Origin: an uncultured Gemmatimonadota bacterium
GTDB taxonomy: Bacteria; SM23-81; DAOVCL01
Direction: 5' to 3'
Length of the DNA stretch: 64,000 nucleotides
NCBI GenBank assembly: GCA_964626665.1
Contig: CAZVGK010000001.1
Coordinates: forward strand, 64,001 to 128,000
A program made the translations under genes and the position numbers. Under the pieces are notes generated by a model. The model made no database searches. It saw only the letters and a list, made by a program, of their open reading frames with translations, and was not told the origin of the DNA. Shown here one piece after another: positions 60,957 through 64,000 of the stretch (its first letter is position 1; every line of letters starts with the position of its first letter).

Positions 60957-62491
60957 AGCCTCTCCTTTGCTTGATCGCAATCTCCAATCTCACTGGCCTC
61001 ATTTCTCACTACCACTGGACAGAGGAAAGGGCTCTCACAGTGAGTTCCCGGGTTCCGCTGAGGGCTATTATGAGCGAGCGGCCGGAGATAACCAATAAAC
61101 TCCCCAAACCTATCCCTCTCTTTGTAGACCTTTCCTACTCCCCACTCCTTTGAGTCCTCCCTGGTAACTATTACCACCCGTGCCTTTCCCCCTTCGATTA
61201 AATCCCCCATCTCCTCATTGGATGGGATGTTATACCTTTCCCCCTCTTCTTTCCCAAGCCTCTTGGCCAGTTCCTTGTCCCAGGGCTTGGCTCTGGGGGG
61301 GATCCCTCTCTTGGCCAAAACAGGGAACCCTGGCCAGGAGGAGAAGATTTCCTCTCCTTCTTCAGAATTTTTGTCAATCCAGGATACAGCCCTTCTTATA
61401 TTTTCCACCTTCCAGGTCTTATCGTGTTCCCTTATCCCCAGAATATGCAGTGCAATGGGGACAACCAAGAAAATGGCATAGACGGGGAGGAGGGTGTAAA
61501 TGAGCCTTCTCCTTCTTTGAATTAAACTTTTTAAGTAGGGCAGGGAGACGATGAGAAAAAAGGGCAATGTCTGTACGAAGTAATGGAACATAGAAGGGGT
61601 AGCTAAAAGGTAGGTAAGGAAAATGGTTGTCCCGATGAGGAAAGCCAGGAGTTCCGGCTTGAAATCTTTCAATCTTTTTCGCAGATAGATTATAGAGACA
61701 AGGGCCAGAATTGTTATTCCGCCAGTCTGAGGGAATCCAAGAAATTTTCCTAAGACCAAGCATTTCTGGAAGAGTGGATGGGCAATGGGGAGAAAAAGGT
61801 CCTTCCTTCTGAGCTGGGAAAGGAGGACATTAAATAAGAAAACCGATTTGTATTTAAACAGATAGAGGAGCCAGAAGCTGCTGGCAAGAAGCCAGCCAAC
61901 CAGCCAGCCAAGGGTATCTCTCCCTCTTTTTTCTACTATTAGCCAAACGAAAAAGAGGAGGAAAAGGGGGAGGAAGACAATTCGTAAGCTTAGGACAACC
62001 CCCAGAAGAAGTCCACTGAGAAATAGATAAATGGGTTTCCCCTTTAAAGATGACCAGAAGGCCAGGAAGAGAAGGAGATCAGTGGGGGCATTGAACTGCA
62101 GCACTGTATGCCAGGAAAGGATAAACCCATTGAATGTGTAAAGGATAAAAGAGAGCAGGCTTACTTGTAAATCATTGGTTCTTTCTCGGCTATAGGAGAA
62201 AATGGCTAAACCTAACAGGAGGCCAAAAGCGGCATAGAGCAGTCGGGCAGCGAAATAGCCATTTAATCCTTTGTCGGCAAAGGGGGAGAGAAGATACAGG
62301 ATTAAGGGCATCTGGGGGAAGAAGAAGTCCTGGTAAGGGGTTTTCCCTTCTAATATCTCCCGGGCATAGAGGAGGTGTAGCCCTTCGTCGATGTTTACTA
62401 TCCGCAAGAGGGCGAAACCCACGGAGAGGAGGATATAAAGGGAGAGGGTAGAAAGGAAAAGATTTTTGTTGCCTTTTAGGTAATTGATCAT
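60953..62491 (-). CDS. GT-C fold (ArnT/PMT-like) membrane glycosyltransferase
   Basis: DEG motif after first TM helix, PYQDFF, many TM helices. Confidence 0.75.
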   Translation of the reverse strand: MINYLKGNKNLFLSTLSLYILLSVGFALLRIVNIDEGLHLLYAREILEGKTPYQDFFFPQMPLILYLLSPFADKGLNGYFAARLLYAAFGLLLGLAIFSYSRERTNDLQVSLLSFILYTFNGFILSWHTVLQFNAPTDLLLFLAFWSSLKGKPIYLFLSGLLLGVVLSLRIVFLPLFLLFFVWLIVEKRGRDTLGWLVGWLLASSFWLLYLFKYKSVFLFNVLLSQLRRKDLFLPIAHPLFQKCLVLGKFLGFPQTGGITILALVSIIYLRKRLKDFKPELLAFLIGTTIFLTYLLATPSMFHYFVQTLPFFLIVSLPYLKSLIQRRRRLIYTLLPVYAIFLVVPIALHILGIREHDKTWKVENIRRAVSWIDKNSEEGEEIFSSWPGFPVLAKRGIPPRAKPWDKELAKRLGKEEGERYNIPSNEEMGDLIEGGKARVVIVTREDSKEWGVGKVYKERDRFGEFIGYLRPLAHNSPQRNPGTHCESPFLCPVVVRNEASEIGDCDQAKERL

Positions 62492-63075
62492 TGGGCACGA
62501 AAAACCGTAGTCTTCTCCTTCTTAGAGGATGCCTCGCTTGATTTGTTTCCTTGGAGAAAATTAAGGGTACAGAATGATGGCGTTTGAACCCAGCTTTACT
62601 CCGCATTATACGCAAGTTGCCTCCTCCGGTCAAGTCCTTTTGAACATAGTCGCTTTGAGAGGCTTTTCTGACAGGAGAAAAGGATTTACATGATTTTTGT
62701 TTGTCCCTTCTAATAAAAGAGGGGATCCCCATGCTACGGACTTAAATTGCCGTGGGCTTCCGCCCTCGCAATGATAGGTTTCATCCTCCTGTAACCCAGC
62801 CATAATATTGGGTGCTGTGGAAGAGGTTTCAAGACCTCCATTATCAACATCAGGAGATGTCTCCGATAATAAGTCTTCCTGCCCGGCTTTCCCGACTCGT
62901 TCCGGGATGGGTAGCTGAGGGTGTAACCTTGCATTAAAGTGCAGTAGAATGTGTCAGGGCAGAAGTTCTGCCAACACCCATGAGAGGATAAAAAAGGGAC
63001 AAAGCGGAAAAGAATCGGACACACCCAGGGGACCGTGGGTGTGCCTTTCATCACTGGGAGCCGAGATAAGCCCGG

Positions 63076-64000
63076 TCACTTGACCAACAATAGCTTCCGC
63101 ACTTCCTCTATTCTTTGCCCTTTGACTTCTAACCTGCAGAGGTAGACTCCACTGGCAACTGGGTTGCCACCTGAATCCTTACCATCCCAGAGAAGGGAGT
63201 ATCTCCCTGGTCCTTTCTCCTCATCCACCAGCGTTCTCACCTCTTGGCCTAAAATGTTGTAGATTATTAGGGTGGTGTGGAGCGGCCTGATCGCCGATAG
63301 CCGATAGCTGATAGCTGTATTTGAGTTAAACGGATTGGGGTAGTTCTGTTCCAAAGCAAATCCGCTGGGGAGGGGGACATCTTTGGCTTCGTCAACAAAA
63401 TCTTGTCCGCCGTATATGGCCATATCCTGAGCCCCGTCGCCAAAGCCATAGGTGGCCATCACCGAGTCATTTTGGGGATTGAACTTCTGCACTGTGTCAT
63501 CACCAAAATTGCTTACCCAGATCACATCCTTTCTATCATCGTAGAGAACCCTCATTGCCCCCTTGCCAATACGGATGGGATTGGAACTGTTATGATACAC
63601 ATCCCCAGTGGAGGTGTTGTAGCTATAGAGGAAGCCGTTGTTCTCATCGCCCCAGTCGGGGAGATAGCCTCTGCCGTCCTGGGTGATTGCTATGTCCCCC
63701 GACCAACCGCCGAGCTCGATGGTATCCACCACCGCCGGTGTCGAATCCAGTCCTGCCCAGCGGTCTATAACACAGACCTTGCCGGCATTGGCCTCCCAGA
63801 GCCCTGAACAGACCACATGAACCCTTCCGTCGGGAGCCAGGGCCAGGTCCTGAGCGTTGCAGGGCATAGGGAGGGTTGTAGTAACCTCATCGGTAGCGAG
63901 ATCAATGAGGGAGACCGAGGAAGGTTTGAAGTCAGGATACCCTCCGGTGTTGGCCACAAAGGCCAGGTTATCCACCACCAAGATCCCCTCAGGTCCGACC
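63076..64000 (-). CDS. YncE-like beta-propeller protein with FlgD-Ig/YPNPFN C-terminal domain (5' partial)
   Basis: FVAN..VSLID blades; LEQNYPNPFN..WDGKD..ASGVY. Confidence 0.8.
   Translation of the reverse strand, partial: VGPEGILVVDNLAFVANTGGYPDFKPSSVSLIDLATDEVTTTLPMPCNAQDLALAPDGRVHVVCSGLWEANAGKVCVIDRWAGLDSTPAVVDTIELGGWSGDIAITQDGRGYLPDWGDENNGFLYSYNTSTGDVYHNSSNPIRIGKGAMRVLYDDRKDVIWVSNFGDDTVQKFNPQNDSVMATYGFGDGAQDMAIYGGQDFVDEAKDVPLPSGFALEQNYPNPFNSNTAISYRLSAIRPLHTTLIIYNILGQEVRTLVDEEKGPGRYSLLWDGKDSGGNPVASGVYLCRLEVKGQRIEEVRKLLLVK

Noticed and set aside
62734-63075. Cobalamin riboswitch or 106-aa gene
   Set aside because: Only scattered GGGAA-like words without the ordered riboswitch core; the ORF has no recognisable features.

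Overview
Bacterial chromosomal window. The lineage is probably an FCB-affiliated anaerobe; this is inferred from the yggT-divIVA-PNP-ileS-dksA-lspA-rluD cluster, two secreted proteins with YPNPFN C-terminal sorting domains and a short RpoD-family sigma. Housekeeping genes (pcrA, ileS, lspA, birA, cobO, guaB, rnpB, two tRNAs, malQ) flank a visibly AT-richer block at about 17.2-41 kb that holds two systems. (1) A 15-kb aromatic amino acid super-operon (shikimate, Trp, Tyr, Phe) bracketed by decayed his genes. It is preceded by a consensus sigma70 promoter and an unannotated 51-aa Trp/His/Tyr-rich leader peptide with a terminator and two candidate antiterminators. (2) A GntR-controlled hydroxyproline cluster: a HypD-like glycyl radical enzyme with Thr in place of the catalytic Cys-loop Glu, followed by broken trans-3-hydroxyproline dehydratase, ornithine cyclodeaminase-family and EamA genes. 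The window also has a frameshifted secreted protein with near-identical 156-bp repeats and a papain-like domain, an ECF sigma/anti-sigma/VIT-vWA module with a shared promoter motif, four toxin-antitoxin modules (two with attC-like flanks), a candidate 6S RNA, and several families of non-coding palindromic or MITE-like elements. All family calls come from motif recognition by eye; no searches were run.
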